33,965 nucleotides of DNA from a virus (lineage: Duplodnaviria > Caudoviricetes). The notes beneath the pieces were generated by a model. The model was not told where the DNA came from. It worked only from the letters and a program-made list of their open reading frames with translations, and made no database searches. The number at the start of each line of letters is the position of its first letter. Within the stretch, counting starts at the first letter, position 1. The position numbers and the translations under genes were made by a program. The stretch covers positions 1 to 33,965 of the IMG/VR virus record IMGVR_UViG_3300032318_001724; one strand, 5' to 3'. Positions 1 through 8,635 of this stretch are shown piece after piece.

Positions 1-197
1 CGTTTATAGTTTGCCTCTAACACAAAGCAAACATAAAGAGCAGCAACGGCGGCCATGAGCGTTTTTCCCGACCTGCGGCCCAGCGCCCACACGCCATGAG
101 TGACGGGACCACCAAAGTATGAATCAATAATCTCTTGTTGTTTTGGCCAAAGCTCTAACTTTAGAGCGTATTGAGCAAAATGGGAACATTTAAGCAT
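1..197 (-). CDS. terL: Terminase large subunit, N-terminal part (runs off the window edge)
   Basis: Not in the ORF track. Manual translation from ATG at 197 gives MLKCSHFAQYALKLELWPKQQEIIDSYFGGPVTHGVWALGRRSGKTLMAAVAALYVCFVLEANYK. It has a Q-motif (LWPKQQ) followed by a terminase-type Walker A (GRRSGKT). It overlaps the 3' end of the 161..676 gene. Confidence 0.85.
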   Translation of the reverse strand, partial: MLKCSHFAQYALKLELWPKQQEIIDSYFGGPVTHGVWALGRRSGKTLMAAVAALYVCFVLEANYK

Positions 198-676
198 TGA
201 AGGGTCTCCATGGGCCGCAGTGCTTTTTGCGGCACGAAATAAGCTTTGCGGCCACGAGCAGGATCAAGAATGTATTGATCTTGCATGGCTTCTTTGCCAT
301 TGATCCAGCCATGAATCAGTATAGCATTATCTTCAATGGTCACAAGCACAAATCGCTTATTCCTGCTTTCTGAGAGTTGAATAATCAGGTCACGATTATG
401 GCCATTCCTGGTCTTCACATCAATGTCGGGCGGTAAATCAACAGAGCCACGACGTGCTTCAGTTTCTTGGAACAGAAACTCCTTCATACCAAGCAAGGTT
501 GCCACTGCCACTTCCCCCATTGCCCCCACTTCATGCGCCTTAAGCGCCTTTTCCCCAGATCTAGGGCCACCATTCCTGCCATAGAGCCCCTTGTTTTCGT
601 TGGACGATTGGCGACGATGGGCCTCATTTAGCGCCATTTGGCGCTCTTGCTCAGTGAGGCAAATGCTAATCGCCAT
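161..676 (-). CDS. Hypothetical phage protein, possible PD-(D/E)XK-type nuclease
   Basis: 171 aa. The pattern GEVAVA...GSVD...IDVKT resembles the E...D...(D/E)xK core of restriction-like nucleases. It lies directly upstream of terL. Confidence 0.55.
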   Translation of the reverse strand: MAISICLTEQERQMALNEAHRRQSSNENKGLYGRNGGPRSGEKALKAHEVGAMGEVAVATLLGMKEFLFQETEARRGSVDLPPDIDVKTRNGHNRDLIIQLSESRNKRFVLVTIEDNAILIHGWINGKEAMQDQYILDPARGRKAYFVPQKALRPMETLQCLNVPILLNTL

Positions 677-745
677 GAAGGATTGTGCTTACGCTCCGTA
701 GTATAACGGGCGCTACAGTTAAGGAACTGATAAGCAATAGCCAAT
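677..745. promoter_or_regulatory. Divergent promoter region between the terL side and the portal operon
   Basis: 69-bp gap between divergent starts, with back-to-back -10-like hexamers: TATACT on the - strand (700-705) and TACAGT on the + strand (714-719). Confidence 0.45.
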
Positions 746-2830
746 ATGACCACACTGGTGAGAAGCGATGGTGGCCCCACTGTGAACCTTGGCCACTTTG
801 ATGGTTCCGGTGTTCGCGCTGATAGTCTCGCCAATGTCTTTACTGGCATGGGCATCCAAGGGCGCGACAAGTCGCAGTCCACCATTACGCAGCCCATTAT
901 CTTCCTCACGCAAGAGGAGCTTGAGGGGCTCTATGGCGAATGGATTCCCAGGCGAGTGGTGGACATTGTTGCCGATCAATCCACACGCAAAGGCTTTCGC
1001 ATTCTGTTTGGTGGCGATGGCGCAAAAGCTCAGGAAATCGTTGGCATGGAACAAGTGATTGAGGATTTGATGATCCTTGAGAACTTCAATCTGGCCAGCA
1101 AAAACGAAAGGCTGTATGGTGGCGCAGCAATTTTGCTTTATATCAATGATGGTCGTTCTGCCGATCAGCCAGTAGACAAAAGCAAAATCGTGGAAGTGGA
1201 AGGCATGGAAGTGCTAGACCGCTACCAGATTGCCCCCATGATTGGCGAGGAAAGTCTTTATGACTACGCCAAGGCAACGTACTATCAAATTATTTCAGGC
1301 GATCTAATCCAACAGCCCAATCTTACGCGCATACACAAGGATCGGATTCTGCGGCTTGATGGCATGTGGCTGCCCTACAGGATTCGCCAACGCAACTATG
1401 GCTGGGGAATGAGCAGCATTCAGCCAATTTACGATAGCTTCCGCCACTACTGGACTGGCGTGCATTCGGCCTCCATGCTTTTGAGCGAGTTTGACATTTT
1501 CGTCCACAAGATTCGCAATTTGTCTCAAATGCTGGCCAATGGCAAAGAAAGTGACGTGAAGAATAGGCTTGTGCTCAATGATATGAGCAAGAGCGTGTAC
1601 CGTGGATTCGCCATTGATGCCGAAAAGGAGGAGCTTAGCTTCATTAGTCGTCAGTTTAGTGGAATTGATGGCGTGCTAGAGAAGCTGAGAATTGACATTA
1701 TTGGTGCGTCTCAGATTCCACATACGATTCTGTTTGGTGAAAGCCCTAGTGGTATTGGTGCCACTGGTCGTAGTGAAGAGCGGGATTTTGCCAAACTCCT
1801 GGGCGACTATCAGGCCAGCCATTTCCGGCGCCCCCTGAAAAAGCTCATGGAATACATTCTCTTGAGCCAGCGTGGTCCCACGAGCGGGCGCATTCCTGAT
1901 TCGTGGCGCGTAAAGTTCAATGACCTGTTTGAACTTAATGAGCGGGAAAAAGCCGATGTTCGCGCAAGGGTGGCGGCAGTCGATGGCCGTTACATTCAAC
2001 TTGGCGTGTTGCATCCCCAGGAAGTTGCCGATGCACGCTATGGCGGCAGTGAATGGTCAATGGAAACCACTCTTGACCCATCGCTCCCTCGTGAATTGCC
2101 GCAGCAAACGCAAGGCAAGCCGGTGCCTCCTGGCGGGCGTGATCCTCTGAATGAAGAGAATGGCACGCTACCAATGGACGGTAGCCGGGACGTGGTGGAC
2201 AGTGAAGCTGGATTGTTTCTGCCACGAGACTTGGAAAAGCGTCGTGACGTGAAGTTTCAAGATGAAGCTTTGCATCGTAGGGCAGTATCAGAAGCAAAGC
2301 AAAAGTTCAATGTTTGGCCCTCGGCCTATGCAAGTGCCTATGTAGTGCAACACTACAAGGCGCTCTATAAGGAAAAGCATGGTTCATTGTCTGGCGCCTT
2401 TAAGGCCGATGGCGAAGAAGTCAATGCTGATGATCTTGAGAAATGGTTCAAAGAAAAATGGGTGAGGATTGGTGGCAATGGCGAAATCCTTGGCCCTTGC
2501 GGCGACCGTGGCGAAGGGGAAGGAAAGCCTAAGTGTCTGCCGCAGGCTAAGGCCCAGTCAATGAGCAAAAGCGAGCGTCAAACGATTGTTGCCCGTAAAC
2601 GTGAAGCCGACCCTAATCCCGAAAGGAAAGGCGCCGCGAAGATGGTGAGCAGCAAGGTAGATGCCATTGATCCCATTAAGGCTTCTGGCACTATTGTTGG
2701 CGGCATTGATGAAGCAGCCCTCATTGAAGATGATGACATTCAAGCGGCTTTAGAACAGTGGCAAAAGGAAGCGCCAGAACGTTACAAAACCCTGTTGGAA
2801 GTCACTGACTTAGATCCACAGCAACAATGA
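746..2830 (+). CDS. Portal protein (DUF1073-type) with an inserted C-terminal basic domain
   Basis: 694 aa, first gene of the head operon. Motifs RRVVDIVA, RLYGGAAIL, GWGMS and IPHTILFGESPSG are typical of DUF1073 portals that occur with DUF2213/DUF2184 heads. An extra K/W-rich module spans about 2249-2662. Confidence 0.88.
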   Translation: MTTLVRSDGGPTVNLGHFDGSGVRADSLANVFTGMGIQGRDKSQSTITQPIIFLTQEELEGLYGEWIPRRVVDIVADQSTRKGFRILFGGDGAKAQEIVGMEQVIEDLMILENFNLASKNERLYGGAAILLYINDGRSADQPVDKSKIVEVEGMEVLDRYQIAPMIGEESLYDYAKATYYQIISGDLIQQPNLTRIHKDRILRLDGMWLPYRIRQRNYGWGMSSIQPIYDSFRHYWTGVHSASMLLSEFDIFVHKIRNLSQMLANGKESDVKNRLVLNDMSKSVYRGFAIDAEKEELSFISRQFSGIDGVLEKLRIDIIGASQIPHTILFGESPSGIGATGRSEERDFAKLLGDYQASHFRRPLKKLMEYILLSQRGPTSGRIPDSWRVKFNDLFELNEREKADVRARVAAVDGRYIQLGVLHPQEVADARYGGSEWSMETTLDPSLPRELPQQTQGKPVPPGGRDPLNEENGTLPMDGSRDVVDSEAGLFLPRDLEKRRDVKFQDEALHRRAVSEAKQKFNVWPSAYASAYVVQHYKALYKEKHGSLSGAFKADGEEVNADDLEKWFKEKWVRIGGNGEILGPCGDRGEGEGKPKCLPQAKAQSMSKSERQTIVARKREADPNPERKGAAKMVSSKVDAIDPIKASGTIVGGIDEAALIEDDDIQAALEQWQKEAPERYKTLLEVTDLDPQQQ

Positions 2831-3504
2831 GCGAAGAACTATCGCCAGTTTCATTGCTTGCAGAGGCAGTGTTACTGAGCACGCGCTTGGACGAAGATTG
2901 GTCTTATGATCCGCGCACTGGTCGCTATCGGGCTGCTAATGGCAGATTTTTGAGTGGCAAGACGGTAGAAGCGATTGTCGATGGGCGAATCAATAGCCTG
3001 AAAACAAAACTGAGAACTCTCACGGCTTCTCTCATTGACAATTCCCTCTCCATTGAACAATGGCAAGTGCAAACACGGGCGCTGCTCAAGACGGCGCACA
3101 TTCAGGCAGCCTTAGTCGGTAATGGCGGCCAGCAAGGCATGGACGCTGCGGCATGGGGGCGTGTGGGCTGGCGCCTGCGGGAGGAGTATCGCTACCTTGA
3201 GGGCTTTGCCAAGGATCTGCTAGAGCAGCGAGTATCGGCACCAATGGCATTGGCCAGGATCAGCCTCTATGGCGATAGCGTGAGGGGCTCCTACTGGACT
3301 GGCACCACCATCCGGCAAGAGAAGCAAGGCTACACGCTAATGAGACGCATTTTGGATCCACAGGCTCAGCATTGTGAAGATTGCCTCCGCTATGCCGCCG
3401 CAGGGATGGTGAGCATGGGCGTTTTGCCAATGCCAGGGCAACGTTGCGCCTGTCGGGCTCGCTGTCGCTGCACCGTCAAATACTACCGGAGTCAAATGCC
3501 CTAG
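2827..3504 (+). CDS. Minor head / head morphogenesis protein (Mu gpF / SPP1 gp7-like)
   Basis: Follows the portal with an ATGA overlap. C-terminal Cys-rich motif HCEDC...P.PG..C.C.ARCRC. Confidence 0.7.
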   Translation: MSEELSPVSLLAEAVLLSTRLDEDWSYDPRTGRYRAANGRFLSGKTVEAIVDGRINSLKTKLRTLTASLIDNSLSIEQWQVQTRALLKTAHIQAALVGNGGQQGMDAAAWGRVGWRLREEYRYLEGFAKDLLEQRVSAPMALARISLYGDSVRGSYWTGTTIRQEKQGYTLMRRILDPQAQHCEDCLRYAAAGMVSMGVLPMPGQRCACRARCRCTVKYYRSQMP

Positions 3505-3568
3505 CCCTTGCCATCGTCTCCCCAAAAGCAAGAATCGCCATTACGATAATGGCAGTTATTTTCTTGCA

Positions 3569-4789
3569 GTGGCGCGAATCCTTTATTGCGGCGACGTGGG
3601 AGCCCAAACGGGCTTTGGCAGGGTGGCAGAAGAACTCATTCCTCGCCTTTGCGATGACCATGAAATTCATGCTCTGGCTGTGAATTGGTATGGTGATCCG
3701 TCGCCAATGCAAGAGTATTGCAAGATGTATCCGGCAAGTGCTGGCGGCCCCGATCCTTTTGGCTCCCATCGTATTGCTGAGATTGCGGCAGCAATTAAGC
3801 CGGACCTTGTGTGGATCACCAATGACCTGTGGTGTATGCCGCCCCTGCTCCAGGCGCTTAAGCCTATTCGGGAGTCAGTGCCGATGAAAGTCTATGGCTA
3901 TGCCCCCATCGACTCTTATGGCATTTTCCCTGAGTTTATGGCAAGTCTTGATGGGCTTGATGGGCTTGGCACCTACACGCAATTTGGCCGTGAAGAACTT
4001 CTGAAGGCAGGCTATGGCAAGGAAGTGGATGTGATTCCGCATGGTGTGGATCGCACCAAGTTCTTTGCCATGGATAAACAGGAGTGCCGTGAGGGGCTTG
4101 GCATTGCGCCTGATGATTTTGTGGTTTTCAATGGTAACAGGAATCAGCCCCGCAAACGGATTGACATTACCATCAAGGGCTTTATCAAGTTTGCAGTGAA
4201 TAGCCCTAAGGCAAGGCTGTGGCTGCACATGGGCATCAAAGATCAAGGTTGGGACATTATTCCACTGTTTAATCGTGTGGCAAGGGACTACGGCTACGAT
4301 CCCACCAATCGCCTGATTCTCACCAATGCCAATTTCAGCGTCAATAACTGTCTGTCCATTGAAAGTCTGAATCGGGCATACAATGCGGCGGACATTGGCG
4401 TGAATACTTGCATTGCCGAAGGTTGGGGGCTGGTTAATTTTGAACACGCCGCCACTGGCGTTGCCCAACTTGTCCCCGACCATACAAGCCTTAAGGAAAT
4501 CTTTAGCGATGTGCCGCGCATTGATTGCTTGGACAGCGAAACTGATCGCGGGTATGGCCTGGAGCGTCCAGTGCCATCGTCAGAAAGCCTTGCGGAACGG
4601 CTTGACTACTACTATCAATCTCCAGAAGCCCTTCAAGCTACTGGCAAATGGTGCTATGAAAAAGCTTGTAATCCTGCCTATGAATGGCCAACGATTGTTG
4701 GACAAATGAAGGGTATCATTGATCGCACGCTTTCTGCGCCTGCTCCTGTCAAGTTCAAAGGCTTTGGCACTCCCGTGAGGCTGGGCTGA
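3569..4789 (+). CDS. GT-B glycosyltransferase (GT4-like)
   Basis: GTG start. N-terminal TGFGRV, then IPHGVD, NRNQPRKRID and the E-x7-E motif EGWGLVNFE. Confidence 0.9.
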   Translation: MARILYCGDVGAQTGFGRVAEELIPRLCDDHEIHALAVNWYGDPSPMQEYCKMYPASAGGPDPFGSHRIAEIAAAIKPDLVWITNDLWCMPPLLQALKPIRESVPMKVYGYAPIDSYGIFPEFMASLDGLDGLGTYTQFGREELLKAGYGKEVDVIPHGVDRTKFFAMDKQECREGLGIAPDDFVVFNGNRNQPRKRIDITIKGFIKFAVNSPKARLWLHMGIKDQGWDIIPLFNRVARDYGYDPTNRLILTNANFSVNNCLSIESLNRAYNAADIGVNTCIAEGWGLVNFEHAATGVAQLVPDHTSLKEIFSDVPRIDCLDSETDRGYGLERPVPSSESLAERLDYYYQSPEALQATGKWCYEKACNPAYEWPTIVGQMKGIIDRTLSAPAPVKFKGFGTPVRLG

Positions 4790-5499
4790 TGCAAGTTTCA
4801 CAAATCTTCATCACTGATGATGACAGCGTTGAACTGTCGCCATACTTGCAATATGCCACTGGCACTGTTAAGGAAGTGTTTGCGAATGGCGAATACAAGC
4901 TCTATTCCAACGGCGAACTGCGGGAGCTGATCGCTCAATACTATGACGATGAAGTGGTGTGGGCTTACGACACTCTTAAACCCTATTCCTATAAGGCGGA
5001 CCTTGGGCGATTCTGTATTCTCAATGCCATTGGAGGCTGGTATTTTGACATTGGCGTGAGGGCAGTGGCTCCCGTAGAAATTGGCGAGCGGATTAAGTTT
5101 TTGGCGTTTCGTGACATTCAACGGTTTAGCTTTACAAGCTTTGCTTGCGCCACCACCGTCTTGTATTCACAGCCCAACAATCACGCTCTTGCCATTGCCA
5201 TTCGTCAAATCGTAGAGAACTGCAAGAACAAATACTATGGCATCACGCCATTGTGCCCCACTGGTCCCACTTTGCTTGGGCAATCGCTGGCAAGGCATGG
5301 AAGTGATGCCGACTATGTGTTTGGCGACTATCTAGAGCTAACTCCGTTGCATGAACAAAAGAATCGTGCTTTTGTTCTTCCTGATGGCACAATCATGGCT
5401 TGGAGCAAGCCTGCGGGCGGTGGCGATTTAACTGCTCTTGGCGCTGGCAAGACAAACAATTACAACGAACTTTGGGCACAACGGAGGGCTTACCAATGA
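4789..5499 (+). CDS. GT-A glycosyltransferase, sugar-binding DXD family (GT32 / Och1-like)
   Basis: Motifs YKADLGRFCIL..IGGWYFD and TGPTLL are characteristic of GT32-like enzymes. The canonical DxD appears here as DIG. Coupled to the previous gene (TGATG). Confidence 0.8.
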   Translation: MQVSQIFITDDDSVELSPYLQYATGTVKEVFANGEYKLYSNGELRELIAQYYDDEVVWAYDTLKPYSYKADLGRFCILNAIGGWYFDIGVRAVAPVEIGERIKFLAFRDIQRFSFTSFACATTVLYSQPNNHALAIAIRQIVENCKNKYYGITPLCPTGPTLLGQSLARHGSDADYVFGDYLELTPLHEQKNRAFVLPDGTIMAWSKPAGGGDLTALGAGKTNNYNELWAQRRAYQ

Positions 5500-6149
5500 A
5501 AAACCTGACAGAATTGGCCAATGCGTTTAATAGTGACAAAGGCGATCAGTACAAATGCGCCCATGCTTATACTCGTCATTACCAGAAATTGTTTGAGCCT
5601 TACAAAGATTGGTCAGACTTTAGACTTTTAGAAGTTGGGCTCAACAGGGACGGCACTAACGATGTGCCGTCGCTAAGAATGTATCGCGAGTTTTTTGGTT
5701 TAAATGCACAAATCTGCGGTATGGATATTAGGCCCGAATTTCGCCGTTTTGAAGATGATGGATTTACTATCACGATTGGCGATCAGGGCCTAGCGTGTGA
5801 TATTGCCAAGTGTGCAGAATCCTCTTATTCCATCGTGATTGACGATGGTAGTCACGCAAGCTCGCACCAACAGATTACTTTGCGTGGGCTATGGAAGGCA
5901 GTTGCCCCTGGCGGCCTGTATATTATTGAAGACTTGCATTGGCAGCCCGTCGCAGAACCCATCCCGCTGACCAAATCGCTTTGTCAGTCTTGGCTGCAGG
6001 GAATACCTGCGACCAGCCCATTCATTTCAAGCGAATGGGCAGAGCAATTTATTGAAGAACTGGCCAACGCGGAACTTCTGCCATCGTTCAGCCATCAATA
6101 CAGCACCAAGCTCACTTCTCAAGCCCTCTTTGTCGCACAAAAAAAATGA
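5496..6149 (+). CDS. Class I SAM-dependent methyltransferase, probably a sugar O-methyltransferase
   Basis: Start reassigned to ATG 5496 (ATGA overlap). Motifs SDKG...H.Y...Y, LLEVG, GMDI, GDQ, IVIDDGSH and PGGLYIIEDL. Confidence 0.85.
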   Translation: MKNLTELANAFNSDKGDQYKCAHAYTRHYQKLFEPYKDWSDFRLLEVGLNRDGTNDVPSLRMYREFFGLNAQICGMDIRPEFRRFEDDGFTITIGDQGLACDIAKCAESSYSIVIDDGSHASSHQQITLRGLWKAVAPGGLYIIEDLHWQPVAEPIPLTKSLCQSWLQGIPATSPFISSEWAEQFIEELANAELLPSFSHQYSTKLTSQALFVAQKK

Positions 6150-7405
6150 CTACCAGTTGGGATTGCTTTGATACGCTAGTCGCACGAAGGCGTTATTCCC
6201 CATTGTCTGTTTTTGATGAGATGGGGATTCAATACAGTCTTGATAATTTTACCAGTAGGCGGAAGGCGGCGGAGTCCCGCTCGCCAAGTACACTAGACAC
6301 CATCTATCAAGAACTTGCCCTTGACTATCAATGGTCTAGCGAGCAAACAGAATACTACAAATCGGCGGAAATTGCCGCTGAGTTGAAAAATTGCTGCCCA
6401 GTAGTCGAAAACATCAACAAGGTCAAGGATGGAGACCTAATCGTCAGCGATATGTACTTACCCGCCTGGGCTATTGAGAGAATCCTCAGGAAAAATGGTC
6501 TTTCGCAATCTGTGCAAATTTTTGTTAGCACTGGAGGCAAAAGTTCCGGGGTTATTTGGCCTCACTTGCCACCGATAGAGACGCACATTGGAGACAACTA
6601 TCACTCTGACGTGTCCAGCCCCAATGCACACGGTATTCGCGCAGTTCATTACACTGGCACGCTTTTTACTGACCTTGAGGCAGGTGTCAGCCCATCCCTG
6701 GGGCAACTAATGAGAATTGTTCGTTTAGCCAATCCCTACCCACGGGATAGTTTTTTGCATGATATGTGGCTTGAGCAGTCTCAACTAAACCTACCGGTGC
6801 TGATCTTGGCATCGCTAGAACTTCCCCCTAGCGGACTAGCCTTCGTAATGAGGGATTGTATTCATTTGCAGGCAATCCACGAAGCAATTCATGGCACCAT
6901 CAATCCGGCACTGCATTGCTCTCGCATTGCGTTTGCCAGTGAATGTCAAGATTTCACCGATTATGTGCGTCAAGTCGCTTTTGGTCGTTTAATTGTTGAC
7001 ATCCAAGGCACCGGCAATAGTATTTCTTCCTTCTGGATGAAGACTTTTAATGAAATGCCAAGACTCGCCTATGTCACCGGCACCTTGCGTAACGGCCTTC
7101 TAATGGTCCCATGCCTGCACGATGCCATTGAACGTTTCAACTCTGCCCCTTATGGCACGTTATTGGACTATCCGAATTTGGCCGAGTGTGAGTTTAGCAA
7201 AGAAGTGCTTGACTGCCAAGCCGCAGCGCGGCAATGCGCTATTTCTCATATCCCTCATTTTCAGTTTAGTCCCGACCGTGACGCATTGATTCGCTTGGTG
7301 GCGGAAATGCCCCAATCTGTTACAGTGCAGAAGAATGCGCATATTTGTAATCACCGCATTTCCATTGCCGAGAACGCAAATGACACAAAAGGAAAAAGCC
7401 AATAA
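6146..7405 (+). CDS. HAD-superfamily hydrolase/phosphatase with a C-terminal extension
   Basis: Motif I SWDCFDTL, then VSDMYL, K-SSG and motif IV HIGDN..SD. This HAD type is commonly seen in polysaccharide loci. Confidence 0.78.
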   Translation: MTTSWDCFDTLVARRRYSPLSVFDEMGIQYSLDNFTSRRKAAESRSPSTLDTIYQELALDYQWSSEQTEYYKSAEIAAELKNCCPVVENINKVKDGDLIVSDMYLPAWAIERILRKNGLSQSVQIFVSTGGKSSGVIWPHLPPIETHIGDNYHSDVSSPNAHGIRAVHYTGTLFTDLEAGVSPSLGQLMRIVRLANPYPRDSFLHDMWLEQSQLNLPVLILASLELPPSGLAFVMRDCIHLQAIHEAIHGTINPALHCSRIAFASECQDFTDYVRQVAFGRLIVDIQGTGNSISSFWMKTFNEMPRLAYVTGTLRNGLLMVPCLHDAIERFNSAPYGTLLDYPNLAECEFSKEVLDCQAAARQCAISHIPHFQFSPDRDALIRLVAEMPQSVTVQKNAHICNHRISIAENANDTKGKSQ

Positions 7406-7616
7406 AGTCCGCAAAGTGATGCGAGAGTTTAAGGCGGGTACACTCAAAAGTTCTGGTGGTCAGAAAGTGAAAAGCCGCCAACAAGCTATCGCCATTGCCC
7501 TGTCCGAAGCCGGCATGAGCAAAGGCGATAAAACTGATGCTTACTGGGATTCTTACGTTGTAACCATTATGGGCGAAGAGGAAGACCCCGAGGAAATGAA
7601 CGGCCCAAAGGACTGA
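7380..7616 (+). CDS. Small DUF6496-like protein (78 aa); N-terminal half of a putative frameshift fusion
   Basis: ATG 7380. KVRKVMREFKAGTLKS...KVKSRQQAIAIALSEA matches the DUF6496 pattern. The acidic tail ends GPKD*. Confidence 0.75.
   Translation: MTQKEKANKVRKVMREFKAGTLKSSGGQKVKSRQQAIAIALSEAGMSKGDKTDAYWDSYVVTIMGEEEDPEEMNGPKD
7604..7610 (+). other. Putative -1 ribosomal frameshift slippery site (C CCA AAG) in the head module
   Basis: In-register X-XXY-YYZ heptamer with one sense codon between it and the stop of 7380..7616. The -1 frame stays open to 7966. Confidence 0.65.
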
Positions 7617-7966
7617 CCGCCCTTGACTCGCTGAGCTTTGCCCCGCCGTCCGCAGTGCGTTCTGCGGCCCGTAGGGGGCTAGAGCTTAGGCGCAAGTACC
7701 ACAAGGGCGGCCTAACCACTCAAGAGGCAGGCAAACAAGGCATTGGCAGTGGAGTGGCAAGGGCTACGAGTCTGGCTAATGGTGAGTCAGTGTCTTACGA
7801 AACCATTAAGCGCATGGCGGCTTTCTTCAGTCGTCACGAGAAAAACTTCGCGGGTAGCGAAGATGATGCTGGCTACATTTCGGGCCTTCTATGGGGCGGA
7901 AGTGCCGGGCGAGCATGGGCGAATCGCATTATTAGAGAACAGGAAGCAAAACAAAAAGAACGCTAA
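7604..7966 (+). CDS. Conserved phage head-associated domain, probably expressed as a -1 frameshift extension of 7380..7616
   Basis: The track starts it at GTG 7655, but the frame continues upstream as PKGLTALDSLSFAPPSAVRSAARRGL with no ATG. Motifs GVARA..LANG, TIKRM..FFSRH and LLWGG.AG.AWA recall a domain seen in phage head proteins. Confidence 0.7.
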   Translation, partial: PKGLTALDSLSFAPPSAVRSAARRGLELRRKYHKGGLTTQEAGKQGIGSGVARATSLANGESVSYETIKRMAAFFSRHEKNFAGSEDDAGYISGLLWGGSAGRAWANRIIREQEAKQKER

Positions 7967-7990
7967 GATAATCGCACCTGCTCTACCGCC

Positions 7991-8302
7991 ATGGCTGACC
8001 ACGACGTTGAATACGACGATGACAATGGCGAAGAAGAGGATTTCTCCACGGAAGATATTCTCCGTGTGCTTTCGCTGAACTCCCATCGCAACACTACTCG
8101 CTGGGCTTGCGTTAACAAAAACCTTTTTGTGAATGGTCGTTTAGTTGAAACCCATTTCTACATTGAGCCACAATACGAGCGCCCTGATGCCGTGTTTGAA
8201 GAAAACTGGCGGATGACGGAGTTCGAAGGCGCCGCTATTGCTAAAGCCTACATCATGGCTGGCATTGAAAGCGAACTAGATGAGGTTCGGGCTGGAGGGT
8301 GA
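7991..8302 (+). CDS. Hypothetical acidic protein
   Basis: 103-aa ORF with a D/E-rich N-terminus, filling the gap. Its 3' end overlaps the convergent XRE gene by 27 bp. Confidence 0.65.
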   Translation: MADHDVEYDDDNGEEEDFSTEDILRVLSLNSHRNTTRWACVNKNLFVNGRLVETHFYIEPQYERPDAVFEENWRMTEFEGAAIAKAYIMAGIESELDEVRAGG

Positions 8303-8575
8303 TTGCGGCAGGGCTAGAGCAATAAAGTTGGGATAGCCAAGTAGCCACAATACGCTCACGCCATAGGTGCCACTAAGCGTTGCCAGTTGCACTGCACTTG
8401 GTTCCGCCATCGCTGCCTCCATCCTGCAATAAGAAGCCTGACTTGTTTGCAAAATGTTTGCCACGTCACGCTGAGAGAGCCCGCTATCAAGGCGGGCTTT
8501 TCTAATTCTTGACGCCACAAGCCTTCGCCTCTTTTCGTGAGGCATGGCAATGGCATTCACGGCATAGTCTGTCAT
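8276..8575 (-). CDS. XRE-family helix-turn-helix transcriptional regulator
   Basis: RIRKARLDSGLSQRDVANILQTSQASYCRME...EPS..QL..L...YGVS..WLLG is a canonical HTH_3 pattern. Confidence 0.88.
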   Translation of the reverse strand: MTDYAVNAIAMPHEKRRRLVASRIRKARLDSGLSQRDVANILQTSQASYCRMEAAMAEPSAVQLATLSGTYGVSVLWLLGYPNFIALALPQSPSSPNLI

Positions 8576-8578
8576 TTC

Positions 8579-8596
8579 TGATTCACCACTGAATCA
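8579..8596. promoter_or_regulatory. Perfect 7-bp inverted repeat, candidate operator
   Basis: TGATTCA-ccac-TGAATCA lies in the 60-bp gap between the divergent XRE and DUF2213 genes. Confidence 0.5.
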
Positions 8597-8635
8597 TGCT
8601 ACTAGGAGAAATGGCATTTTTCTTAGGCTTACTCT

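Noticed and set aside
746-2830. Anti-CBASS Acb1 function, a label often attached to DUF1073 portals
   Set aside because: I see no 2H-phosphoesterase domain with paired HxT motifs in the C-terminal extension; the inserted domain is of another kind.
5400-5495. Upstream extensions in the ORF track (5400, 7335, 9766, 10352, 12018, 12982, 14596, 21417)
   Set aside because: They overlap the preceding genes. Downstream starts with stop-start coupling or an RBS fit better.
3569-7405. DNA hypermodification role for the glycosyltransferases and methyltransferase
   Set aside because: No base hydroxymethylase or DNA methyltransferase catalytic motif is seen in the window, and the context is structural. 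Disfavoured but not excluded, since the rest of the genome is unseen.
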